Source of the DNA: a virus
Direction: 5' to 3' (one strand)
DNA length: 64,000 nt
IMG/VR virus record: IMGVR_UViG_3300035703_000055
Coordinates: 15,094-79,093 of that record
Numbering within the stretch: position 1 is the first letter of the stretch; each line of letters opens with the position of its first letter. Below are positions 45,701-53,956 of this stretch, in pieces. The notes beneath the pieces were generated by a model. That model saw nothing but the letters and a program-made list of their open reading frames with translations. It was not told where the DNA came from and did not search any database. The position numbers and the translations under genes were made by a program.

Positions 45701-48019
45701 CTGAGTCCGCAGAAAGACTGGTTCATGAACGTGAGCCTGGCCGACCGCGTGGCCTCGATCATGGCTGAGCGCCAGAAATTTGCCTGGTCTCCACAGATGG
45801 AAGCCACGTCCAAGCGAATCTACGGCGGCGCGCAGTACCAAGTGGCCCTGGATCAGGTTCGCGGCAAAACGCTGGGTGGCCTTGATGACGACTACCTCGC
45901 CTCAATCTGGCTGCGTGTTTACGACCAAACCTACAACAGCCGCTCGTTTGACATTGTTTCGCCCGAAGGCGACATGCTTGCCCGCGCTCAGACCAAAAAG
46001 GGCGTCGACGCCAACGTGGCATGGGGAGGCAACAGCACCATCGCCAAAGCGATCGCAGTCTTCCGTGATGGCGGTGTGGGGCGCATTAGCTCGGAGCTTG
46101 GCACCAAGCACAAGGTTCGCAACTTCTACAACAACATCCTGGTTCCAAACAGCCGCAATGGCCACGTCACGATTGACACGCATGCTGTGGCTGCAGCACT
46201 GCTGCGTCCGCTGTCGGGCAATTCACTCGAGGTCAAGCACAACTTTGGCGGCGCCAGCAACGCAATCTCCGGTCTGCAGGGCACATACGCCCTGTACGAA
46301 GAGGCTTATCGTCGCGCAGCCAAGGAGCTCGGGCTCTTGCCTCGAGAGCTTCAATCGATCACCTGGGAAGCTATTCGCGGGATGTATGTCCCAGGATTCA
46401 AATCGCAGCAGAAAAATGTTGACGGTATTGATAAAATCTGGACTCAATTCAAGAAAGGACGTCTGAGCTATGACGGAGCAAGAGAACTCGCAATCGAAAC
46501 TGCTGGAGGCATTGAAGCCCCTAGCTGGCTCGGACGCAACCCTGGCGTTTATGTTGAAGAACAGCTTGCCGCTGAATCTGACGACGTATCTGGAGATGGA
46601 GTATCCGGAGGGAGCTCCGAAGACATTGTCATCCGAGCAGTTGGCGATGATTCCGGAGCCCCTGAGGCAGGCATCCGCCGCTCAGGAGATCGAGACGGAG
46701 CAGGACTCGATTCGAGCGGAAGCCGTTCGCAGGGAGAAGGTGCGCAAGATGGCGCAGGACGCCTCGCGCCGCTTCCCGGCTACGCCCACGGCAACATCCA
46801 AGGGGCGGCAGGGCCGGACCCGCGGATAGTCGAAGTCGCCGAGAAGTACGCGCGCGACAACGGGATCACGCTTGTCCGTCAGGCCGAGTATGTCGAGGTT
46901 GATCCCGAGCGAGCCGCGCGCATTGCGGATGCCTACCAGGCAATGCCGCATGCGCCTCAAGACCCACGCGTCAAAGAGGCGTTCCGGAACCTGATCAGCC
47001 AGACCCGCGCTCAGTACGACGCGCTCATCGAAGCTGGCTACGAGTTCACGTTCTTCGACTCCAACAGCGACCCATACCAGGGCAACCCCTGGAGTGCCAT
47101 GCGGGACTTGCGCGCCAACAAGCGCATGGCCGTGTACGGCACCTATGACGGCTACGGCACCGAGGGCATCACCGCCAAAGCGGCCGATGACAACCCAATG
47201 CTGGGTGACACCGGTTTGCAGTGGAAAGACCAGGGCGGCCAACTGCGCCCAGTGGCGGCCAACGACCTGTTCCGCGCTGTGCATGACGCTTTTGGCCACG
47301 GCCTCGAGGGCGCAGGCTTCCGGGCCCAGGGCGAAGAAAACGCATGGCAGGCCCATGTGCGCCTCTTCACTGGCTCGGCCGTCGGCGCCATCACGAGCGA
47401 GACCCGCGGCCAAAACAGCTGGCTGAACTACGGCCCGTACGGCGAAACAAACCGCACGGCAAAGCTTGAAGGCACCGTTTTCGCCGAGCAGAAAACCGGT
47501 CTCATGCCAGAGTGGACATGGAGTGAGGGTGTGGCCGCAGATGCCGGCGACATCCGAAAGAGTCCTGCGCGCCGCAATGACCTTATGGCCGCAAAGCTGT
47601 CCCGCGTCGGCATCAAAAGCGCCGACGACTTTTGGAGGACCTGGCGCAATCTGATGGTTGGCACCGCCGGCCCAGATCCACGCCTGTCGGCGATCGGCTC
47701 GACTGATTCACAGGTCCAGAGGGTTGAGGGCCTTGTGCGGGCGCACAGGATTGACGCTGACGACTCCGGCATTCTGAGCGTACTCAAGGGGTACGACACC
47801 AAGCCCGAAGGCGCCAAGACCGGCGGCAACGAGGATGGCGTCGTCACCTCTGCAATCGCAAAGCGAATCTTGGAGAGCGCGGGCGTAAAGCCAACCGTTG
47901 AAAACGCGGTTGCGGCATACGAATCGCTGCCAGGCAGCGCTCAACAAAATGTTGTTGATGCAACATACAATCAACGCATCGCCGCCCTCAAAGATCTCAT
48001 CTCCTGCCTGAAGAAATAA
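39701..48019 (+). CDS. Giant polyvalent internal virion protein (muramidase, InPase-like, HExxH peptidase, two ART-like, glycosylase-like and HDxxGH modules)
   Basis: LGQWGLETGWG..NNLGNIK..GYAEDPNY; IENPKGS..DGDKLDVF; GHEFFH; YHFS; FKKWFGDW..PLVVYHG; WYDGA..LSPQ..KVRNFY..VTIDTH; FRAVHDAFGH. Confidence 0.85.
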   Translation: MAQQDFSLLLSALPGSESPAPAASQAPARSGDNVSNFVGTYLPLAQRVSEKTGVAPEALLGQWGLETGWGKSVIPGTNNLGNIKDFSGKGPKAVDNMTKSTDAYRAYETVDDFGDDFAGLLSRRYRTALNAGGDTQKYFNELKRLGYAEDPNYVASGVKAAKMVSNVLGTSAGQAPSFSNARPLTTDRSMGEALADNLLGAASGVVTGAKLLTDTFGADNRVSQALGDTTKALTDSQSQYRKDQRQERAFEIKNAEASGSTWNEIVANIGGFLEAPVETTLNALGTSAPTLLMAVIPGLGQAQAARFILQGAAGAAQGVGAAKSGIYDAVRNELEATGKYTADEAAKIAAGAQAYDSENAGNIAINGLLGLVAGTSGIESVAGRLAGRKVGQETARGIAGRAGMGVAKESPVEGAQGGFERYTSNVALQNEGFDVDPMQGVAGQAAGEAIASAPGGAAFGALDRGVTPPPAPNPLQSVVDQAQKPGSVLSRAVVSTGVTDQPVVPVENTIVPGQETVAGAQTQIGVDQTQIGNTSNPTGPGPSADPFARKAAELEQVIRSQDLIRSIRTDGAGLNGVMFDLRTLRDPSAREDIKQAAQQRIEEEITWAQTNYRPKPEMDTVQGTPGFEPIDPARQPEPRGQDVMGLDIVRATLRDPQIGPKVSDTDRQEILRFSADAQNPGLPLQTRQQAAQQAIELVGRYRAAMEPQVQPAADSASPEEQQTVVDQTAPVADETTARTPAGAGPALFRRRAETIGQLVANGFETVQRRPDGFFLTNTKTGQEFKLDSMADAQIARNQIQKAVDAKANTAAASPLNDLAEPTQAQIEAGNYKKSDVIDLNGMKIKIENPKGSVRRGTSPDGVMWETKMAHHYGEFQGTVGADGDKLDVFVGPRPDGDKVYVIDQVNEDGSFDEHKVMMGFTSEEAARAGYLANYEKGWTGLGAITEMPVADFKTWAKSRQAKKPAASMAKPAAAAPVAETAAAPAATPAAPSTQGQFATADEAKAYISQQRRTNGNVSGLPLQMADGTFGIAIKGTPQYAEAERQRDERDAQAAKSQGEFFTVPDGGKQKKLKRVKKSAMPKKASPRRMGEPRALTQDEASMIEQVAAVLGKNVVFFEAQGDRIGDGFILPNDPSTLYVATETTVNPLAVFGHEFFHGLRETNPEAWNAIAAVVRTRVADPKGFREDYYRGGDDSQLSEEKGGELEELVSDLGGNLMMDPTFWRDVFAKIGEDHGKDAKGIIARLAAAIESLIARVMKAMAQPGFRANDFVSDIESIRNAYKDGLADFIKAAGVNKASMGAEVAKAKQGLLKTPDRAAQPGSLTVEGYHFSQQPRAVLTTGLFGTGLNGSARDEIMNADDQRLRQRLSFYVNKGTGINPEAGVGAYAHKATLTNIYDSDADPLRLRTGDARAFESKVLDAGFSGYLARMDGTQSGNVVLLGNQTVKPELLGTGPVKGAKVVPAPQQRDQDTADRLMASKDLPAGMLSPQRWSEVLIAQDPELAAQLLDIGAFEGSKGMYKDELAAKVRSLGGQIRKSADRAKSEYDAVVAQYKGTDAWMKAPNGEATKLSERQWVQVRTPSFKKWFGDWEAALAKGGVWAVEDVSKAVGENGEPLVVYHGSDKGGFTEFEAPGGSGRGDLGIWTTPDYGMAKSYVRKGRARDVDLSTPSQSELEDAGYEFFGLTDDDTESPGQYYDEPNGDRNGPFETEQEAVADAATSFEGEAGVQPGIYALFINIRNPNESNFEGAMWNGERIDQFQVRDENDEPVYDKDGRGYFDRDTAEALVEANPGAEMQPADPNFETTDDVVREALRNDNDGAIIREVIDDGGGPGYFLDPQDIFVAFDPSQVKSADYNNGEFSDSTGDLRKSADRKSLKREDPFEMSTRIPTAKGKAVEDHMGDLLISDFGSGKSQERWINTVSGIVTQYPNYREADSAKTPEKKLERLIRQMTDNLVWLHNQVPASTRKRSKLWYDGANAIAERMAKRYGITEPQAAGILAVLSPQKDWFMNVSLADRVASIMAERQKFAWSPQMEATSKRIYGGAQYQVALDQVRGKTLGGLDDDYLASIWLRVYDQTYNSRSFDIVSPEGDMLARAQTKKGVDANVAWGGNSTIAKAIAVFRDGGVGRISSELGTKHKVRNFYNNILVPNSRNGHVTIDTHAVAAALLRPLSGNSLEVKHNFGGASNAISGLQGTYALYEEAYRRAAKELGLLPRELQSITWEAIRGMYVPGFKSQQKNVDGIDKIWTQFKKGRLSYDGARELAIETAGGIEAPSWLGRNPGVYVEEQLAAESDDVSGDGVSGGSSEDIVIRAVGDDSGAPEAGIRRSGDRDGAGLDSSGSRSQGEGAQDGAGRLAPLPGYAHGNIQGAAGPDPRIVEVAEKYARDNGITLVRQAEYVEVDPERAARIADAYQAMPHAPQDPRVKEAFRNLISQTRAQYDALIEAGYEFTFFDSNSDPYQGNPWSAMRDLRANKRMAVYGTYDGYGTEGITAKAADDNPMLGDTGLQWKDQGGQLRPVAANDLFRAVHDAFGHGLEGAGFRAQGEENAWQAHVRLFTGSAVGAITSETRGQNSWLNYGPYGETNRTAKLEGTVFAEQKTGLMPEWTWSEGVAADAGDIRKSPARRNDLMAAKLSRVGIKSADDFWRTWRNLMVGTAGPDPRLSAIGSTDSQVQRVEGLVRAHRIDADDSGILSVLKGYDTKPEGAKTGGNEDGVVTSAIAKRILESAGVKPTVENAVAAYESLPGSAQQNVVDATYNQRIAALKDLISCLKK
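46470..46829 (+). CDS. Putative overprinted small protein in +1 frame of the polyvalent gene
   Basis: Globular-looking DATLAFMLKNSLPLNLTTYLEMEYPEG..EQLAMIPE; AAGGA upstream; host frame is low complexity here. Confidence 0.55.
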   Translation: MTEQENSQSKLLEALKPLAGSDATLAFMLKNSLPLNLTTYLEMEYPEGAPKTLSSEQLAMIPEPLRQASAAQEIETEQDSIRAEAVRREKVRKMAQDASRRFPATPTATSKGRQGRTRG

Positions 48020-48025
48020 AGCACC

Positions 48026-51000
48026 ATGGCCACATTTACCAACTGCCTGCAAATCGTCAACGCAATGCCTGAGCAGGACCAGGACGCACTCCTGACCCGG
48101 CTCGATGAGCTCCAGGCTCAGGGCATGAGCCCAAAAGAGGCGCAGCTGCAGGCGGCCATTGACGTGCTGACGCAGATTGAGCAGGCGGCCGATCCCGATT
48201 CGGGACTGGATAGCGTCGACATCCGCTGGAGCCCCCGACGCGAGCCGGCGCCGGAGAAGACCGTCAAGGCATACAAGCTGTTCCGTGTTGACGCCCGGCA
48301 GCCTGGGAAGCTATTCCCGCTCTTCGTGAATGCCAACGAGCCGATCGACATGGGCGCCTGGCTCGATGCCGATGAGGGGCCAATGCAGGGCGGCAAGGTC
48401 AAAAGCAAGCTCGGCCCGCTCGCTTACCGTCCGGGCTGGCATGCGGGCGATCTGCCAATCGCAACGCACATTGGCGGCAAATCAAACGCAGCGCTTAAGA
48501 AGCCTGACTTGCGCCCGGACAACCAGGTCTGGGCCGAGATTGAGATGGCCGCGGATGTTGACTGGCAAGCCGAGGCCACTAAGCGCGGCACCAACGCCGA
48601 CGGCAAGCTGGTTGCCGTGCGCGCTCACATCACCGACCAGATCCCGGTGAACGGCTTCTACCGCTACAAGACCAACCCCAACATGACGGGAAACTGGCTG
48701 ATTGGCGGCTCAATGAAAGTCAATCGCATCCTGTCCGACGCGGAAGTCGAGCGCATCAATGCCGCCGCCGGCGTAGCGGACCTCCAAAGGGAAGAGCCAT
48801 TTGACGCCAAGAAGTACGGCTTCAAGATGCGCAAGTCTGTCGACCGCCCTCAGTTCTACAGCCAGCTGCAGCGCGCCATTGAAGGCGTGCCTGATCGCCT
48901 GAGCAACATGGGCGCCCTGGGCTGGAAGCAGTGGATCGACTCCAACGGCCCGAAGCTTGGCGTCAAGAAGGAAGAGATCGAGTGGTCCGGCATCAAGGAC
49001 TACCTGGACCTGCAGGGTAAGGCCAAGCTGAGCAAGGATGACTTGTCCGCGTACCTGGATGACTCGGGCGTGAAGATCTCTGAGGTCATGAGTGACGACG
49101 ACAAGCCAAAGCGCACTATGGAGCTGCGCAAAAAGGCTGACGCCGCCATGGACCAGGCCAATGCCGCACTCATGGACGCCACGCCCGAGATCCGTCAGGT
49201 GGACTTCCTGAACCTGCGCAATTGGGCAGAAGACGTCGAGGCTGGCAGCGAGTACGCCGAGGGCAAGATTGCCGAAATGAATCTGACTGACGAGCAGATG
49301 AAAGCTGTCCGTCAGTACGGCCGCGCTACCGCGCTTTACAACAAGGCCTACTCAGCCAACGCGAACGCCGAGGTGCGCAAGTCCAAGTACGGCCAGTACA
49401 CCCTGCCAGGCGGCGAGAACTACCGCGAGCTGCTGATCACGCTGCCGCGCGAAAACCCTGTTGCCGGCGTATCTCCTGTTCAGGCAGCTCGCGTCTTGTA
49501 TGGCAAAGAGTTCTCGCAACTGACTGCTGAACAGCAGGCCGAGGTCAAGCGAAAGATTGACGACGACAAGCCTTCGGCCACCTATATGTCCAGCCATTGG
49601 CAAGAGCCCAACGTCCTCGCCCACATCCGCATCAACGACCGCGCAGATGCGGACGGCAAGCGCGTGCTCTTCGTGGAAGAGGTGCAGTCCGACTGGGGTC
49701 AGGAAGGCAAGAAGAAGGGATTTGCGGGAGATGGTCGCGCCGTACCAGATGGAATTGGTGGATACAAAGTCGTCGACAAGTCTGGTAACGACGTGCTTGG
49801 CAAAGATGGTCAAGTCATCAGTGCGGACACGCCTGCAGAGGCGATGGCCCAGGTGAAGTCCGGAATCCCTTCCGCCCCCTTCGTCACCAAAACCGAAGGC
49901 TGGCTCAACCTCGCACTAAAGCGCATCGCCATGATGGCGGTAGAAGGCGGCTACAACAAGGTGGCCTTCGTCAACGGCGAGCAGTCTGCTGATCGCTACG
50001 ACCTCAGCAAGCAAGTTGAAGAGATCAGGTATCGCCCAAACGCCGATGGCACCTATGACGTCGCTGCCTTTGACATCGGCATGGAGAGGCGGGTGCTGTC
50101 GGAGCCAGGCGTGCCACTGTCAAGAATCGAAGAGTTGGTCGGAAAAGATATTGCAAAGAAAGTTGAAGCCGGCGACGGTAGAGCCGGTAGTGATCGCTGG
50201 AAACTCTTGACTGGCGTTGACCTCAAAGTCGGCGGCGAAGGCATGAAGACCTTCTACGACCAAATCGTGCCCCAGGCGCTCAACAAGCTGCTGCCCAAGC
50301 TCGGCGGCGAGAAGCTGGGCGCTGTTGAGATTGAGGGTCAATTCACCGATGAGCAGAAGCGCCAGGTCAACGACGCATACGGACGCGGCACTCGCGATGA
50401 TGTGGAGCGCGTCAAGGGCATGAAGCCCGGCTTTATGCAGCAACCCGGCTTCGATGTCACCGACAAGATGCGCGAGACCGTTGGCGCAGGCCTGCCGCTG
50501 TTCAGCCGTGATCGCCAGGCGCCCGATACGCCTGCATTCCGCAAGTGGTTCGGCGACAGCAAGGTAGTGGACGCCAAAGGCAAGCCACTCGTTGTGTACC
50601 ACGGCACTGTCAAGAGCTTCGATGAATTTAACGCGGACGCCGAGCCATACAGCTACGAGAGCGACCGGGGTAAGCAATTCTTCCTGGACAACCCGCAAGG
50701 CGCGAGCGACTACGCGATTGGCACATCCGACGCCTATGGTGGCAACGCCAATGTTATGCCGGTTTATTTGCGCATGGAGAACCCGCGCATTGAGGAAGTT
50801 GACGGCCCGCCATCCGAGTGGTGGGACAGCAACGCCGACGCCCTTTACTGGCAGATGGACGTGGTCGACGGTGGCCACGACGGGCTGATTGTTCGCGGCG
50901 ACGGCGAGACCATGTATGTCACAGCCAATCCCGCTCAGATCAAATCGGCAACCGGAAACCGGGGCACGTTCGACGCGACCAACCCTGACATCCGCAAGGC

Positions 51001-53728
51001 CGCCGATCGCCCCTGGTTTGAGGATCTGAGCAAGCTAAAGGTCTCGACTAACTACCAGCTCGGCGACCTGCTGAAGAGCTCGAAGAAGCTGTCCTGGTGG
51101 GATCGCACCGTCGGCACGCAGTACAACCTGGCCACCAAGCAGCCCGAATTCAAGCGCGTGTTCGATGCGGTGCAGTCGTTCATCAACGACGTGTCGGCCT
51201 ACGCCACCCGTGCGGCCGACATGGCTCCGACGATCCTGCCAAAGCTGGAGTCGTTCAAGGACATCGTCAAGCAGCCGATGACGCCTGAGGATGTGGCCGC
51301 CCTGCGCGACCCGGTCTTCGGTGGCACGCTGAAGTACGCCCGCGACGAGAACGGCAAGCTCATCGAAACCGATGACGTCCAGAAGGCCGGCGTGGTGTTC
51401 ACTGACGAAGAGCTGAAGACCAACTTCAAGCTGACCGACGACCAAATTGGCCTGTACCGCCAGTTCCGCAAGTCGGTTGATCAGAGCGTCACCGACCTGG
51501 CGCTGTCGGACATGGTCCGCTACCTGGGCGAAGACGGTCGCGACATCGCTGAGACCGTTATGGCCAGCGGCAACGTGGACGTCGCTGTCGGCATCATCAA
51601 CTCGCACCTGGGCGACCTGGCTCGCGAGAAGCCAACACGCACTGACTTGCTCGAATCAACCCGAACAGCCATTGAGCTCAAGGGCGACCAGGCCAACCGC
51701 CTGATGGACCGCGGCTACGCGCCTCTGTCTCGCTTTGGCCAGTACACCACCTACGTGGTCGGCAAGGACGGCGAGCAGCTGTACTTCGGCATGTTCGAAA
51801 ACGAGCGCGACGCTCAGAAGATGGCGCGCGAGATGCGCCAGCAGTACCCCGATGCAACGGTCAGCACGAGCACCATGAGCCAGGAGAGCTACAAACTCTT
51901 CAGCGGCGTGACGCCCGAGACGCTGGCCTTGTTCGGTGACTCGCTGGGCCTCGAGGAATCGGGCATCGACACCAAGTCCGAGGTCTTCCAGCAGTACCTG
52001 AAGGTCGCCAAGACCAACCGATCGGCCATGAAGCGCCTGATCGAGCGCAAGGGTATCGACGGCTTCAGCGAGGACGCAGGTCGCGTGCTGGCTGGCTTCG
52101 TTTACTCCAACGCCCGCCAGATCTCGACCAACCTGCACGCAGGCGAGATCGGCAAGGCCGCTGCGGACGTCAAGGACGGCGACGTCAAGGACGCTGCGAT
52201 CCGCCTGATGGAGTACATCCAGAACCCACAGGAAGAGGCTCAAGCCATCCGCGGCTTGTTGTTCACCCAGTTCATCGGCGGCTCGATTGCATCGGCCCTG
52301 GTGAACATGACACAGCCGTTCACAATGACCGCTCCCTACCTGGCGCAGTTCGACGGCGTGACGGGTGCGACCCGGCGCATGGGCGAGGCCATGAAGCTGG
52401 CGACCCGCGGGGTGCGTAACGACGCCGACCTGCAGGACGCCCTGAAGCGCGCAGAAGACGAGGGCATTGTCAGCCCCCAGGAAGTACACCAGCTCATGGC
52501 GCAGGCCCGGGGCAGGGGCTCCCTGATCACCGGCGACGGCACCAAGATGGGTGACGCTGCGGCCAAAGCCAACAACTTCACCGCAAAGCTGGGCTTGGCC
52601 TGGGGCAAGGCCTTCTCCGCGGCCGAGCAGTTCAACCGCCGCATCACCTTCATTGCCGCCTACAAGCTGGCTCGTGACAAGGGCATCGAAAACCCATTCG
52701 CCTTTGCCGAAAAAACCATCGCCGAAACCCAGGGCATCTACAACAAGGGCAACAAGCCCGCGTGGGCCCGTGGCGCCATCGGTGGCACGCTGTTCACCTT
52801 CAAGCAGTACTCGATCTCCTACGTCGAGTTCCTGCGCCGCATGTGGGGCAACGGACCCGAGGGCAAGAAGGCTGTCGGCCTGGCGCTCGGCGTGCTCTTC
52901 ATGAGCGCCGGCCTGGGCGGCATGCCTGGCGCTGACGACTTGGATGACGTCATTGACGGCTTCGCCCAGCGCGTGCTTGGCAAGAGCTTCGACAGCAAGC
53001 AAGCGAAGAAGGAATTCTTCGCCTCGATCCTGGGCCAGTCCGGCGCAGAGTTCGTGATGACCGGCTTGACAGGCCTGCCTGGTGCGCCAATCGATCTGTC
53101 TGGCCGCCTGGGCCTGGGCAACCTGATCCCTGGCACCGGCATCTTCACGAAGAAGACCGACTATGGCCGCGACGTCGGCGAGATCTTCGGGCCGGCTGGC
53201 TCCTTGTTCAAGCAGGTGGCCACTGGCGCAGGCAAGCTGGCGCAGGGCGACGTTGCCGGAGCCGCCAAAGAGGTCGCTCCAGTTGCCGCTCAGAACGTCA
53301 TCAAGGCCGTCGACATGGCGGTGATGGGTATGTACCGCGACACCAGGGGTCGCAAGGTCATCGACATCGAGCCATGGGAGGCAGTGGCCAAGGCCGTCGG
53401 CTTCCAGCCTGCCACCGTCAAGCGAGTGCAGGATGCCACGGGCACTCAGCAGAACTTGATCGGCCAGAACAAGCTGCGCGAGACCGAGATCGCCGACAAG
53501 TGGGCCGCCGGCCGGATCGAGAAGAACCCATCCAAGGTCGAAGAGGCCAAGGCCGAGCTCGCCGAGTGGAACCGCAAGAACCCAGAGAGCCCGATCAGCA
53601 TCGACGCCAGCCAGATCAACCGCCGCGTGCAGCAGGCGATGATGGAAAAAGCTCGACGCCTGGAGAAGACGGCTCCGAAAGAGATCCGCCAGTCAGTGCG
53701 CCAGGAGCTCGAGCGCGCATCAAACTGA
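48026..53728 (+). CDS. Large polyvalent protein with PLxRFG domain
   Basis: KAYKLF..RPGWH; FYSQL..LFVEEVQSDW; FRKWFGDSKVVD..VVYHGT (ART-like); GYAPLSRFG. Confidence 0.85.
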   Translation: MATFTNCLQIVNAMPEQDQDALLTRLDELQAQGMSPKEAQLQAAIDVLTQIEQAADPDSGLDSVDIRWSPRREPAPEKTVKAYKLFRVDARQPGKLFPLFVNANEPIDMGAWLDADEGPMQGGKVKSKLGPLAYRPGWHAGDLPIATHIGGKSNAALKKPDLRPDNQVWAEIEMAADVDWQAEATKRGTNADGKLVAVRAHITDQIPVNGFYRYKTNPNMTGNWLIGGSMKVNRILSDAEVERINAAAGVADLQREEPFDAKKYGFKMRKSVDRPQFYSQLQRAIEGVPDRLSNMGALGWKQWIDSNGPKLGVKKEEIEWSGIKDYLDLQGKAKLSKDDLSAYLDDSGVKISEVMSDDDKPKRTMELRKKADAAMDQANAALMDATPEIRQVDFLNLRNWAEDVEAGSEYAEGKIAEMNLTDEQMKAVRQYGRATALYNKAYSANANAEVRKSKYGQYTLPGGENYRELLITLPRENPVAGVSPVQAARVLYGKEFSQLTAEQQAEVKRKIDDDKPSATYMSSHWQEPNVLAHIRINDRADADGKRVLFVEEVQSDWGQEGKKKGFAGDGRAVPDGIGGYKVVDKSGNDVLGKDGQVISADTPAEAMAQVKSGIPSAPFVTKTEGWLNLALKRIAMMAVEGGYNKVAFVNGEQSADRYDLSKQVEEIRYRPNADGTYDVAAFDIGMERRVLSEPGVPLSRIEELVGKDIAKKVEAGDGRAGSDRWKLLTGVDLKVGGEGMKTFYDQIVPQALNKLLPKLGGEKLGAVEIEGQFTDEQKRQVNDAYGRGTRDDVERVKGMKPGFMQQPGFDVTDKMRETVGAGLPLFSRDRQAPDTPAFRKWFGDSKVVDAKGKPLVVYHGTVKSFDEFNADAEPYSYESDRGKQFFLDNPQGASDYAIGTSDAYGGNANVMPVYLRMENPRIEEVDGPPSEWWDSNADALYWQMDVVDGGHDGLIVRGDGETMYVTANPAQIKSATGNRGTFDATNPDIRKAADRPWFEDLSKLKVSTNYQLGDLLKSSKKLSWWDRTVGTQYNLATKQPEFKRVFDAVQSFINDVSAYATRAADMAPTILPKLESFKDIVKQPMTPEDVAALRDPVFGGTLKYARDENGKLIETDDVQKAGVVFTDEELKTNFKLTDDQIGLYRQFRKSVDQSVTDLALSDMVRYLGEDGRDIAETVMASGNVDVAVGIINSHLGDLAREKPTRTDLLESTRTAIELKGDQANRLMDRGYAPLSRFGQYTTYVVGKDGEQLYFGMFENERDAQKMAREMRQQYPDATVSTSTMSQESYKLFSGVTPETLALFGDSLGLEESGIDTKSEVFQQYLKVAKTNRSAMKRLIERKGIDGFSEDAGRVLAGFVYSNARQISTNLHAGEIGKAAADVKDGDVKDAAIRLMEYIQNPQEEAQAIRGLLFTQFIGGSIASALVNMTQPFTMTAPYLAQFDGVTGATRRMGEAMKLATRGVRNDADLQDALKRAEDEGIVSPQEVHQLMAQARGRGSLITGDGTKMGDAAAKANNFTAKLGLAWGKAFSAAEQFNRRITFIAAYKLARDKGIENPFAFAEKTIAETQGIYNKGNKPAWARGAIGGTLFTFKQYSISYVEFLRRMWGNGPEGKKAVGLALGVLFMSAGLGGMPGADDLDDVIDGFAQRVLGKSFDSKQAKKEFFASILGQSGAEFVMTGLTGLPGAPIDLSGRLGLGNLIPGTGIFTKKTDYGRDVGEIFGPAGSLFKQVATGAGKLAQGDVAGAAKEVAPVAAQNVIKAVDMAVMGMYRDTRGRKVIDIEPWEAVAKAVGFQPATVKRVQDATGTQQNLIGQNKLRETEIADKWAAGRIEKNPSKVEEAKAELAEWNRKNPESPISIDASQINRRVQQAMMEKARRLEKTAPKEIRQSVRQELERASN

Positions 53729-53757
53729 CGGTACTTCTCAACAAATACCGACACTTT

Positions 53758-53783
53758 GCCCACCCTTTGGGGTGGGCTTTTTT
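53758..53783 (+). terminator. Late operon terminator
   Basis: GCCCACCC-TTTG-GGGTGGGC-TTTTTT. Confidence 0.85.
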
Positions 53784-53830
53784 CTTTTGGGGTCAACAAC
53801 TTGCAAAAATGAGTTCGCGTAGAATGGGAA

Positions 53831-53956
53831 ATGCAACATGCCCCATACCTCTGCGCTGCATTCATCCTCATCGGTCTACTGGCCCTGGCGATGGCGCATC
53901 CTGTCACTGCAATCCCGATCGCGCTGGCGCTGTACGCTATCTGGCGCACCTGCTGA
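53831..53956 (+). CDS. 41-aa hydrophobic two-helix peptide
   Basis: MQHAPYLCAAFILIGLLALAMAHPVTAIPIALALYAIWRTC; TAGAAT 5 nt upstream. Confidence 0.5.
   Translation: MQHAPYLCAAFILIGLLALAMAHPVTAIPIALALYAIWRTC

Noticed and set aside
45780-46466. 228-aa +1-frame ORF just before the nested gene
   Set aside because: Pro/Arg/Ser/Thr-rich shadow composition over a conserved main-frame domain, unlike 46470-46829
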